64,000 nucleotides of DNA from Bacteroidaceae bacterium. Its GTDB lineage: Bacteria; Bacteroidota; Bacteroidia; Bacteroidales; Bacteroidaceae. The stretch covers positions 28,841-92,840 of the forward strand of contig JAFZYE010000004.1 of NCBI GenBank assembly GCA_017616445.1, read 5' to 3'. The notes below the pieces were generated by a model. That model saw only the letters and a list, made by a program, of their open reading frames with translations, did not search any database and had not been told where the DNA came from. The position numbers and the translations under genes are program-made. Shown here in pieces: positions 55,713 through 64,000 of the stretch (its first letter is position 1; every line of letters starts with the position of its first letter).

Positions 55713-57135
55713 GTGGCTTCCTTAATTTATTTACAAGTCTTATCAGCATCACAATACCGCGTACACTGAGTTCGCTGGCCATTGCAATCCATACACCGGT
55801 AAGTCCCCATTGTGAGGCTACGAGAGCTGCGAACGGAATGCGGATGAGCCAGATGCTGCCGAGGTTGATGATGCTTGGCATGAGTGTTTTGCCCATACCG
55901 ACGAAAATGCCGTAGCAGATGATGGAAGCGGCAAACAGCGGTTCGGCGAAGGCTTCGATGCGCAGGACGCGTGTGGTGAGTTGCTGCACGCCTAAGTCGG
56001 GTGTCATGAGCACCATGATGTCAGGCGCAGTGATGTACATGATGATTGCAAGTATCGTGATGATGCCGATTCCGAGTGCCAAGGCGATGAAGGCAAAGCG
56101 GCGGATGAGGTCTGGTCGTTTGGCTCCCAGACTTTGCCCGATGAGTGTTGTGGCTGCTTCTCCGATACCGTAGCTGGGCATGTAGCATAGGCTTTCGATG
56201 GTGATGCCCATTGCGTTGGCTGCGATGGCGACCGTTCCGAGAGGAGCTACGATGACGGTCGATGTGATTTGTGCGGCACACGAGATGATGCGCTCCAATC
56301 CGATGGGTGAGCCAATCATCAGCGCTTTCTTCAGCACGCGGTTCTCAGGCAGCAACTTGCCTTTGAAGTCCAAACGCAGTTCCTTTGACTTACGTAGCAT
56401 GTGATAGAGCAGGTAGAATGCACCAAGATGCCAAGCGGTGAATGTTCCAAGGGCTGCACCGAGAACGCCAAGCCCTAAGCCTGGACAGGTGAAGCTGATG
56501 TCACATATGCTAATCTCTCGTGTTGGGAAGATGAAAAAGAAGTTGAACACCACATCGAGCGCACAGATGATGACCGACAGGATGCTGGGCAACTTCATGT
56601 CGCCACTGCAACGGAGCATACCGACCAGAAGCATATAGACCATCATGAGCGGCATGGAGCAGACGAATACAAGGAAGTAGATACCTGCATCTTCGACGAT
56701 GTCTGCATTACCGCCCAGCCATAAAGGTAACTGACGGCTGATGCTGATGCCGACAATCATCAGGAAACATCCGAAGATAAGGGCTGCTGTGAATGCTTGT
56801 CGCAGCACGTCGTTCGCCTCTTTCTTTTTCTTTGCTCCGAACAAGTGAGCTACCTGTACGGAGAATCCTGATGACACAGCACTGCAGATTCCACCCATCA
56901 TCCATGTGGAGGTAGCGATGAGTCCGATGGAGGCCGTTGCGTTCGCCCCCAGACTTCCCACCATCGCTGTGTCGATGTAGTCCATCACGATGTTGTTGAT
57001 GTTCGACAAAATAGCAGGAAGGCTTAGCATGAATGCAAGTCGCACTTGTCCGCTAAGCTTTATGTTCTCTGTCGAGTGGATGGTATGCGTCAACCGTTCC
57101 TGTGTAGTCATTGTGGGGTATTTTCCTGAAAACAC
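55693..57135 (-). CDS. MATE family efflux transporter
   Basis: 12 TM segments with a MATE-like N-terminus (LSLPAILSNINNIVMDYIDTAMVGSLG). The start may be the ATG at 57111. Confidence 0.85.
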   Translation of the reverse strand: MFSGKYPTMTTQERLTHTIHSTENIKLSGQVRLAFMLSLPAILSNINNIVMDYIDTAMVGSLGANATASIGLIATSTWMMGGICSAVSSGFSVQVAHLFGAKKKKEANDVLRQAFTAALIFGCFLMIVGISISRQLPLWLGGNADIVEDAGIYFLVFVCSMPLMMVYMLLVGMLRCSGDMKLPSILSVIICALDVVFNFFFIFPTREISICDISFTCPGLGLGVLGAALGTFTAWHLGAFYLLYHMLRKSKELRLDFKGKLLPENRVLKKALMIGSPIGLERIISCAAQITSTVIVAPLGTVAIAANAMGITIESLCYMPSYGIGEAATTLIGQSLGAKRPDLIRRFAFIALALGIGIITILAIIMYITAPDIMVLMTPDLGVQQLTTRVLRIEAFAEPLFAASIICYGIFVGMGKTLMPSIINLGSIWLIRIPFAALVASQWGLTGVWIAMASELSVRGIVMLIRLVNKLRKPHDIISE

Positions 57136-57147
57136 ACTTTATTTTGT

Positions 57148-57155
57148 GCAAAGAT
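57148..57155 (-). promoter_or_regulatory. -7 box (TATCTTTG) for the MATE gene
   Basis: Exact match with an ATGCAT-containing array directly upstream (57156-57196). Confidence 0.5.
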
Positions 57156-57235
57156 ACAAAATAATTCATGATTCTTCATGCATTATTCATAAATAATTGC
57201 TAACTTCGCTGTTGTTTTAAATCGTAAATTGTCAA

Positions 57236-58453
57236 ATGGTAACTATAACAGAACGTTTCTTAAACTACACCAAGTTTGATACACAGTCGAGCGAAGAGGG
57301 TACAGGTTGTCCAAGTACTCAAAAGCAATTGGTTTTTGCAGAGTATCTGAAGAATGAACTTGTTGCAGAGGGTTTACAGAAAGTAGAGATGGATGCAAAC
57401 GGCTATATTTATGCCACTCTACCGGCAAATACAGATGCTGAAGTGCCTGTGGTGGGGTTCATCGCTCACATGGACACAAGTCCCGATTGCTCAGGGGCTG
57501 ATATCCATCCTCGCATCATCCGTAATTATGACGGAAAGGACATCACATTGAGTGAGGGCATCGTTAGTTCACCTGCGAAATTCCCTGAACTGCTGAACCA
57601 CATCGGCGAAGACCTCATTGTGACGGACGGACATACCCTGCTTGGAGCAGATGATAAAGCGGGTATCGCTGAGATTGTGCAGGCGATGGTTTACCTGCAA
57701 CAGCATCCAGAAGTGAAACATGGAAAAATCCGCATTGCCTTCAATCCTGACGAGGAGATAGGTATGGGTGCTCACTTGTTCGATGTAGGGAAGTTCGGCT
57801 GTGAGTTTGCTTATACCATTGATGGAAGTGAGGTGGGCGAGTTGGAATTTGAGAACTTTAATGCGGCATCGGCCAAGATCCATCTCAACGGTTGCTCCGT
57901 ACATCCTGGCTATGCCAAGGGAAAGATGGTGAATGCAGGTAGGATTGCCACCGAACTTGTGCAGATGCTTCCTCAGGATGAGACTCCTGAAACGACCGAG
58001 GGCTATGAAGGCTTCTTCCATCTGACAAGCATACAGGGTGGATGCGAGAAGGCTGATGTATCGTTCATCATACGAGACCATAACCGTCTGAAGTTCGAAC
58101 AACGCAAGGAACGTATGGAGGAGGTGGTGGCAGTCATCAATGCCAAATATGGAGATGGGGTGGCTGTGCTGGATATGAACGACCAATACTATAATATGCG
58201 TGAGAAGGTGGAACCCATGATGTATATCATAGATATGGCCAAGCAAGCAATGGAGCAGGCTGGTGTCACTCCTCGTATTCAGGCTATCCGTGGAGGAACA
58301 GATGGAGCTCAGTTGTCGTTCAAGGGACTACCTTGCCCCAACATCTTTGCTGGTGGCATCAATTTCCACGGTCCATACGAGTTCGTGCCCGTGCAGTCGA
58401 TGGAGAAAGCAATGATGACGATTGTGAATATCTGCCAGGCCTTGACTAAATAA
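57236..58453 (+). CDS. pepT: peptidase T (tripeptide aminopeptidase, M20B)
   Basis: [40 protein letters not shown]. Confidence 0.92.
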   Translation: MVTITERFLNYTKFDTQSSEEGTGCPSTQKQLVFAEYLKNELVAEGLQKVEMDANGYIYATLPANTDAEVPVVGFIAHMDTSPDCSGADIHPRIIRNYDGKDITLSEGIVSSPAKFPELLNHIGEDLIVTDGHTLLGADDKAGIAEIVQAMVYLQQHPEVKHGKIRIAFNPDEEIGMGAHLFDVGKFGCEFAYTIDGSEVGELEFENFNAASAKIHLNGCSVHPGYAKGKMVNAGRIATELVQMLPQDETPETTEGYEGFFHLTSIQGGCEKADVSFIIRDHNRLKFEQRKERMEEVVAVINAKYGDGVAVLDMNDQYYNMREKVEPMMYIIDMAKQAMEQAGVTPRIQAIRGGTDGAQLSFKGLPCPNIFAGGINFHGPYEFVPVQSMEKAMMTIVNICQALTK

Positions 58454-58454
58454 T

Positions 58455-58490
58455 AACGTTATATCGTTATCACGTTATCACGTTATAACG
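58455..58490. repeat. 8-bp word array (CGTTATNA), pepT-hslR spacer
   Basis: aacgttatatcgttatcacgttatcacgttataacg. Confidence 0.8.
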
Positions 58491-58504
58491 CAAAAAAAAA
58501 TTCA

Positions 58505-58930
58505 ATGATGGAAGCAAGATTAGACAAATGGCTCTGGGCCGCACGCATTTTCAAGACTCGTTCGATAGCCATCGATGCATGCAAGAACGGTCGAGTGATG
58601 ATGAACGGAGTGAAACTGAAGCCATCGCGCATGATCAAAGAAGGTGACGAGATTCAGGTGAGAAAACCGCCTGTAACTTATACCTTCCGTGTACTCCAAG
58701 CCATACAGAATAGGGTGGGAGCAAAGTTGGTGCCTGAAGTGCTGGAGAATATCACGACACCTGATCAGTATGAACTGCTGGAGATGAACCGCATCAGCGG
58801 ATTTGTCAACAGGGCTCGTGGAACAGGGCGCCCAACCAAAAAAGAACGCAGGGATTTGGACGAGTTTGTCCAACCGGCATTCTTCGGTGATTTTGATTTC
58901 GACTTCGAAGATGATGAAGATGAGGAATAA
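58505..58930 (+). CDS. hslR: S4-domain RNA-binding protein (Hsp15/HslR-like) with acidic tail
   Basis: RLDKWLWAARIFKTRSIAIDACKNGRVMMNG and the C-terminus DFDFDFEDDEDEE. Confidence 0.75.
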   Translation: MMEARLDKWLWAARIFKTRSIAIDACKNGRVMMNGVKLKPSRMIKEGDEIQVRKPPVTYTFRVLQAIQNRVGAKLVPEVLENITTPDQYELLEMNRISGFVNRARGTGRPTKKERRDLDEFVQPAFFGDFDFDFEDDEDEE

Positions 58931-58935
58931 TAAAT

Positions 58936-58970
58936 AAGGTGTAACGCAAAACCGTTACACCTTATTTATT
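58936..58970. terminator. bidirectional hairpin between hslR and pth
   Basis: AAGGTGTAACG-CAAAAC-CGTTACACCTT followed by ATTTATT. Confidence 0.7.
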
Positions 58971-59525
58971 ATTGTAATTGTTCATGGCGAATGTGATGCC
59001 CGACAGGCAGAACGCTTTTATCATTTCGCAAGCCACACCAACACGCTCGTCCATCTTCTCCAACTCTTCAGGCTCGAACTGTCCTAACACGAAATCGATT
59101 TGGGTACCGCGAGGGAAGTCGTTGCCTACGCCAAAGCGGATACGTGCCCATTGCTGCGAACAGAGGACAGATGCAATATTCTTCAAGCCATTGTGTCCAC
59201 CGTCGCTACCGCTGGGACGTAGACGTAGTTTGCCGAAGGGTAGGGCGAGGTCGTCGCAAATGACCAGTAGATTCTCTGGCAGGATATTCTCTTTGTTCAT
59301 CCAATAGCGTACCGCGTTACCGCTGAGGTTCATGTAGGTGGAGGGTTTCAAGAGCACAAGCTCTGCATTTTTCACACGCCCCGTGCCGACAAACCCATAG
59401 CGCTTGTCTTCAAACGAAATGTTGGATGCCTTAGCGAAAGCATCCAACACTCTGAATCCTATGTTGTGGCGGGTGCCATCGTATTCGTCACCGATATTAC
59501 CCAAACCAACAATCAAATACTTCAT
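58962..59525 (-). CDS. pth: peptidyl-tRNA hydrolase
   Basis: [24 protein letters not shown]...GGHNGLKNI. Confidence 0.93.
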   Translation of the reverse strand: MKYLIVGLGNIGDEYDGTRHNIGFRVLDAFAKASNISFEDKRYGFVGTGRVKNAELVLLKPSTYMNLSGNAVRYWMNKENILPENLLVICDDLALPFGKLRLRPSGSDGGHNGLKNIASVLCSQQWARIRFGVGNDFPRGTQIDFVLGQFEPEELEKMDERVGVACEMIKAFCLSGITFAMNNYNNK

Positions 59526-59535
59526 CGGCTGTCAA

Positions 59536-60156
59536 TTAATTTGCTGCGCCTTCTGCTGCAGCTGCTTCAGCAGCATCAGAAGCTGAACGAGCAGCACGAG
59601 TCATACGAACGCTACATACGACAACTTCCTTAGGAGTAACGATTTCGAGGTTCTCGAACTTGAGCTCTTCAACCTTGATTGACTTGCCAAGAGCAAGGTT
59701 TGTAACGTCGATATCCAATGTGTCTGGGAAGTTTGTGTAGACTGCCTTTACTTTCAGTTTGCGTACACTTGCAGCGAGCTTACCACCGGCTTTCACACCT
59801 TCTGCCAAACCATTCAGCTTGATAGGAATTTCCATTACTACAGGTTTGTTTTCTGTAATCTGGTAGAAGTCAACATGAATTGGACGGTCAGAAACGAAGT
59901 CGGTCTGGAGTGCCTTGAGGATTGCCTTTACTTGTTTTCCATCGAGGTTGAGGTTTACGATGTACACATTTGGAGTGTAGAGCAACTTTGCCAACTCCTT
60001 GTTTGTAACAGTGAATGACTGAGCTACAGGAAGACCCTTTTCGTCCTTCTCAACACCATAGATAACGCATGGAACCAAGTCCTGCTTACGGATTTCGCGA
60101 CTTGCCTTCTTGCCGAGGTCGGTGCGCAATGTACCGTTCAATGAGATTTCTTTCAT
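59536..60156 (-). CDS. rplY: 50S ribosomal protein L25 / general stress protein Ctc
   Basis: 206 aa: ...REIRKQDLVPCVIYG...PIHVDFYQ. Confidence 0.9.
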   Translation of the reverse strand: MKEISLNGTLRTDLGKKASREIRKQDLVPCVIYGVEKDEKGLPVAQSFTVTNKELAKLLYTPNVYIVNLNLDGKQVKAILKALQTDFVSDRPIHVDFYQITENKPVVMEIPIKLNGLAEGVKAGGKLAASVRKLKVKAVYTNFPDTLDIDVTNLALGKSIKVEELKFENLEIVTPKEVVVCSVRMTRAARSASDAAEAAAAEGAAN

Positions 60157-60257
60157 TTTTTTTTTTTTGTTTTTTGTGTTACTATAAATTAAGTTTATGC
60201 TTAATTCGCCATCACACGTAGCCTTGCGGCTTTAGAGTGTTGCCCAAAAAAGCGGTG

Positions 60258-60265
60258 CAAAGTTA
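60258..60265 (-). promoter_or_regulatory. -7 box (TAACTTTG) for rplY-pth
   Basis: Exact match about 100 nt upstream of the ATG. Confidence 0.5.
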
Positions 60266-60367
60266 GTAAAAAAAAATGGATTACGCATTCACTTCCTACA
60301 GAAAAAACAGAGAAGCGGTTCAAAATGGCAATAAATGTGCAATTTTTGGGGACCATTGGTAAAAAAA

Positions 60368-60400
60368 GCGAGCTAACTTCTCAGTCTGCTCGCTAATTTA
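60368..60400 (-). terminator. intrinsic terminator downstream of rho
   Basis: On the minus strand, AGCGAGC-agactgagaagtta-GCTCGCT followed by TTTTTTT. Confidence 0.65.
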
Positions 60401-60559
60401 TGAAAAAGTCTTTACCTTATAGCAAAACTATATTACTTATTACTTACTTATAGCTTATCGGTTGCAAATTTATTCAAAATTTATAATCCTTCCAAATATT
60501 TTTGGGATTTTTAGGAACATTTTTCAATTTTTTGTACTATAGAGTTCCTTTTTTGTACC

Positions 60560-62665
60560 TTATCCGTTCATCGTAGCGAGAAATTCCTCGTTACTTTCCG
60601 TGCGTTCGATATGTTTGAGGATTGTATCCATTGCCTCCAAGTTGGTCATGTCAGCAATATGATTACGGATAATCCACATTCGGCGACGGGTGTTCTCGTC
60701 TTGCAACAGGTCATCACGTCGAGTGCTCGATGCAATGAGGTTGACTGCTGGGAAGATACGCTTGTTGGCCAAAGCTCGATCAAGCTGCAATTCCATGTTA
60801 CCTGTACCCTTGAACTCTTCAAAAATCACTTCGTCCATCTTCGAACCCGTATCAATCAGGGCGGTAGCAATGATGGTGAGCGACCCTCCACCTTCGATGT
60901 TACGTGCAGCTCCGAAGAAACGTTTTGGCTTCTGAAGTGCGTTGGCATCAACACCACCGGTGAGCACCTTTCCTGATGCAGGGCTTACAGTGTTGTAGGC
61001 ACGTGCCAGTCGGGTGATGGAGTCGAGGAAGATAACCACATCGTGGCCACATTCAACCATACGTTTTGCTTTTTCCAACACCAGGTTGGCAATCTTCACG
61101 TGGTTGTCGGCTGGTGCATCGAAGGTCGATGCAATCACTTCTGCATTCACCGTACGAGCCATGTCTGTCACTTCCTCAGGACGTTCGTCAATCAGCAACA
61201 TCATCAGGTATGCCTCTGGGTGGTTACGTGCGATGGAATTGGCAATATCCTTCATGAGCAACGTCTTACCTGTCTTTGGTTGCGCTACAATCAGCGCACG
61301 TTGTCCTTTTCCGATAGGCGAGAAGAGATCTACGATACGCGATGATGGGGTGTCACCCTTACCGCTGCAGAGTTTGAATTTCTCTTCAGGGAACAGCGGG
61401 GTGAGATACTCAAACGGAACACGGTCTCTTACGACTGATGGTGCACATCCGTTGATTTTCTCGATGCTGACCAATGGGAAGAATTTCTCTCCTTCGTGTG
61501 GCGGGCGGATGGTTCCTTCGACCACATCACCGGTCTTCAGACCGTAGTGTTGCACCTGTGATGGGTTGACATAGATGTCGTCGGGCGATGTGAGGTAGTT
61601 GTAGTCAGAGCTACGCAGGAAACCAAAGTCGCCTGAGAGGTCGAGCACACCTGAAACGGAAACGATGTTGTTGAAGTTATAAGGTTCTACATCCATTGGA
61701 GGCATGTCGTAGTCGTCCTGACCAGCGTCGATGTCTCTGCCGTTCTGTGCGTCCATCGCATTCTGCTCGTACATGCCCTGCTGATCATGATTGAACTGTT
61801 TGAAATAATTCAGTTGAGCATGCTCTTCTTGATTCATTTCATTAGGAATGTCCTCCACGATGATGAAGTCCACACCATCGTCTAACGGTTCCATATCCTG
61901 TTTCTTGCTACGGGTTGCAGTGGCGCGTGGGCTCTCATCGTCCGTTTCTTCAGCATCATCCTCCTTATTGACTTGGCGACTGAAATCCATCAGTGATGTC
62001 TTCTGACGAGGTTTTTCCTCAACAGCTGCTTCTTTCTCCGCCTGGTCAAACAAGGTTGCCTCATTGTCCTTATCAGTATTGTCCGTATTGTCCGTATTGT
62101 TTTCTGCCGCAGCCTGTTCAGCCTCTGCCTGACCCTTCTTAGGTCTGCCACGTTTCTTCTTGGCAGGTTCGGCAGGAGCCGTTTCTTCAGCAGGTGTTTC
62201 TGCAACCTGCTCTACAGGCTTCTCCTCTGGTTCAGCTGGCTCTTCTTTTTTAGGTCTGCCACGTTTCTTCTTGGCAGGCTCAGCAGGAGCATCAGCTACT
62301 GGAGTTTCCTCCGCTGCTGGCTTTGTAGTCTCTTCTTGCTGAGTTGCTTCAGTCTTTTCCAGCATCTCCTTCTCTTCCTGCGACAAATCGTTGAACAATG
62401 AGTTCGACGGAGCAGCTACAGTTGTCTGCTTCTCTATCTTTTTGGCCTTGCCTTGATTGGCTGAATATACAAAGTCAACGGTCTTTATTCTTGTACGTTT
62501 TTTCGGTTTTTCAACTGCTTTCTGTGCAGCCGAAACGCTTTCATGGTCGATAATGTCATACATCAACGCTTCATGGTCTTTCTTCGCAGAGCTGATTCCA
62601 TACTCATCTGCAATAGCCTGCAGTTCTTCCAAGCTCTTGTTTTTTAGTTCTGATTTACTATACAT
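60560..62665 (-). CDS. rho: transcription termination factor Rho with a ~290-aa low-complexity insertion between the Rho_N and CSD-like domains
   Basis: Rho_N ([18 protein letters not shown]), CSD-like [11 protein letters not shown]...[17 protein letters not shown], Walker A PKTGKT, and a C-terminal ATPase core. Confidence 0.95.
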   Translation of the reverse strand: MYSKSELKNKSLEELQAIADEYGISSAKKDHEALMYDIIDHESVSAAQKAVEKPKKRTRIKTVDFVYSANQGKAKKIEKQTTVAAPSNSLFNDLSQEEKEMLEKTEATQQEETTKPAAEETPVADAPAEPAKKKRGRPKKEEPAEPEEKPVEQVAETPAEETAPAEPAKKKRGRPKKGQAEAEQAAAENNTDNTDNTDKDNEATLFDQAEKEAAVEEKPRQKTSLMDFSRQVNKEDDAEETDDESPRATATRSKKQDMEPLDDGVDFIIVEDIPNEMNQEEHAQLNYFKQFNHDQQGMYEQNAMDAQNGRDIDAGQDDYDMPPMDVEPYNFNNIVSVSGVLDLSGDFGFLRSSDYNYLTSPDDIYVNPSQVQHYGLKTGDVVEGTIRPPHEGEKFFPLVSIEKINGCAPSVVRDRVPFEYLTPLFPEEKFKLCSGKGDTPSSRIVDLFSPIGKGQRALIVAQPKTGKTLLMKDIANSIARNHPEAYLMMLLIDERPEEVTDMARTVNAEVIASTFDAPADNHVKIANLVLEKAKRMVECGHDVVIFLDSITRLARAYNTVSPASGKVLTGGVDANALQKPKRFFGAARNIEGGGSLTIIATALIDTGSKMDEVIFEEFKGTGNMELQLDRALANKRIFPAVNLIASSTRRDDLLQDENTRRRMWIIRNHIADMTNLEAMDTILKHIERTESNEEFLATMNG

Positions 62666-62798
62666 CGTGTTGTCTGTTTATAATCTCATTGTGAGTTTTG
62701 CTATGTACACACTCCATACTCCAATCCTATACGCTGAGGAGGTGACATAAAAAACGTGATAATAGGAATTGATTTTTGGTTTACCACCAAAATCGATT

Positions 62799-62806
62799 GC
62801 AAAAGT
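62799..62806 (-). promoter_or_regulatory. -7 box (TACTTTTG) for rho (leader ~125 nt)
   Basis: Exact match with an ATGCAT array directly upstream (62807-62850). Confidence 0.5.
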
Positions 62807-62923
62807 ACAAAATAATTCGTAATTCACAATGCATAATGCATAATAAATTCATTTGTTTTTATGTTTTTTTGCCAAAACATCCCTTTTTTTGAGGTAAAAG
62901 TACGGATTTATGCATTTAATTCG

Positions 62924-62931
62924 TTATCTTT
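62924..62931 (+). promoter_or_regulatory. -7 box (TATCTTTG) for engB (leader ~210 nt)
   Basis: Exact match with an ATGCAT at 62908-62913. Confidence 0.5.
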
Positions 62932-62977
62932 GCACAAAATCATCATAGAAAATTAAGAAAATCGAGTTGAGAGATTA

Positions 62978-63045
62978 TAGACAAGAATACAAGAAGACAA
63001 GAATACAAGAAGACAAGAATACAAGAAGACAAGAAAACGAGACGA
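62978..63045 (+). repeat. 8/16-bp purine-rich array (ACAAGAAT ACAAGAAG)n in the engB 5' leader
   Basis: agacaagaatacaagaagacaagaatacaagaagacaagaatacaagaagacaagaaaacgagacg. Confidence 0.85.
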
Positions 63046-63066
63046 ATGTATTCACCAGCAAACTAT

Positions 63067-63106
63067 CGTCTGTCACTCCTGTACTCCTGCCACTCCTGTC
63101 ACTCCT
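63067..63106 (+). repeat. 40-bp CACTCCTGN array, upstream copy (engB leader)
   Basis: cgtctgtcactcctgtactcctgccactcctgtcactcct is identical to 63787-63826. Confidence 0.9.
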
Positions 63107-63147
63107 AATTTCAATTTTATAATTTTATAATTATTACATTTTACAAA

Positions 63148-63756
63148 ATGGTTATAAAGACAGCAGAATTTAAGATTAGCAGCCCACGTGCCGATATGTG
63201 TCCTAACACCGATTTGCCGGAATATGCATTCATCGGCCGATCCAATGTGGGCAAGTCCAGTCTCATCAACATGCTGACGGGAAAGAGCAAGCTTGCCATG
63301 ACTTCGAGCACACCAGGAAAGACCATGCTCATTAACCATTTTCTCATTAACGGCAGCTGGTATCTGGTCGACCTGCCTGGCTATGGGTTTGCTCAGCGCG
63401 GAAAACGTGAGATGGACAAACTGTGGAACCTCATCTCCCACTATGTGCTCGAACGTCAGCAGCTCACCTGCCTCTGTGTACTCATCGACATCCGTCACGA
63501 ACCCCAGCAGAAAGACCTCAACTTCCTCGAGTTTCTTGGCGAGAACGGAGTTCCGTTCGTCATCGTCTTCACCAAAGCCGACAAAATCTCCAAGACTCGT
63601 CAACAAGAAAATGTTCAGCGCTACACCCAGCAACTCTCCGAGCAATGGGAAGAACTCCCACCTTATTTTATTACAAGCGCGCAAAGCCGACAGGGTAGGG
63701 AGGAACTCCTTGACTATATCGACAAAATCAACAAGTCGATTCTTTCTCAGAAATAA
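63148..63756 (+). CDS. engB: ribosome-biogenesis GTPase YsxC/EngB
   Basis: [23 protein letters not shown]. Confidence 0.9.
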   Translation: MVIKTAEFKISSPRADMCPNTDLPEYAFIGRSNVGKSSLINMLTGKSKLAMTSSTPGKTMLINHFLINGSWYLVDLPGYGFAQRGKREMDKLWNLISHYVLERQQLTCLCVLIDIRHEPQQKDLNFLEFLGENGVPFVIVFTKADKISKTRQQENVQRYTQQLSEQWEELPPYFITSAQSRQGREELLDYIDKINKSILSQK

Positions 63757-63786
63757 AAGAGTTAACAGCCCCTCTCTAACTTCCCC

Positions 63787-63835
63787 CGTCTGTCACTCCT
63801 GTACTCCTGCCACTCCTGTCACTCCTGTCACTCCT
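63787..63835 (+). repeat. 40-bp CACTCCTGN array, downstream copy (+1 extra unit), 3' of engB
   Basis: Perfect 40/40 match to 63067-63106, exactly 720 bp away in direct orientation. Confidence 0.9.
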
Positions 63836-63910
63836 TTCAAAGTGAACACCCACTTTTTTCTCTTTATAAACTAAATACAGGTATTTACAAGTAATCCGAA
63901 AAGTGCCCCA

Positions 63911-63980
63911 AAAAACAACGGCGTTGTTTTGCCATTTGTACGGCGTTGTTTTGCCGAAACATCGGTGTTGTTTTGAGCCG
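63911..63980. repeat. 3 x 22-bp tandem repeat CGG(C/T)GTTGTTTTG(C/A)(C/G)
   Basis: Copies at 63919, 63941 and 63963. The first overlaps a palindrome, AAAACAACGGCGTTGTTTT. Confidence 0.7.
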
Positions 63981-64000
63981 CGTACGCCATACCCTTTTTG

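Overview
This window is a 64-kb chromosomal segment. It looks like a Bacteroidota (Prevotella/Segatella-like) genome, which I infer from several things. TAnnTTTG -7 promoter boxes sit in front of most transcription units. Leaders are A-rich with no Shine-Dalgarno sequence. There is a T9SS-type C-terminal tail, BspA-type LRR proteins, a C10 protease, a CarboxypepD_reg-type TonB receptor and a long-insert Rho. Gene content is mostly housekeeping: rng, hup, folD, ffh, recA, dnaX, purB, asnS, pepT, pth, rplY, rho, engB and tRNA-His. Mixed in are envelope and accessory genes: an MBOAT/DHHW/SGNH O-acetylation operon, a TonB receptor followed by an S1/P1 nuclease, a C10 protease, two paralogous orphan histidine kinases, and a small islet with VapBC plus HEPN/MNT and an LRR protein. 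I found no CRISPR array, transposase, integrase or rRNA. The parts that ordinary annotation does not explain are non-coding. (1) A promoter-to-terminator structured RNA of about 150 nt lies directly in front of a 1107-aa PD-(D/E)xK nuclease + SF1 (Dna2/Upf1-like) helicase. (2) Two roughly 350-bp structured elements bounded by terminal inverted repeats flank a single lipoprotein gene. (3) Degenerate 7-11-bp 'word' tandem arrays fill most intergenic and intercistronic spacers, and in several cases the same array brackets a single gene (engB, ffh). (4) ATGCAT-containing heptad arrays abut the -7 box of several promoters. (5) An inverted-repeat-bracketed structured segment is read by an orphan promoter upstream of dnaX. 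I also found a 29-aa hyper-basic ORF that the ORF track does not list. All functional calls come from motif recognition by eye; I ran no database search.
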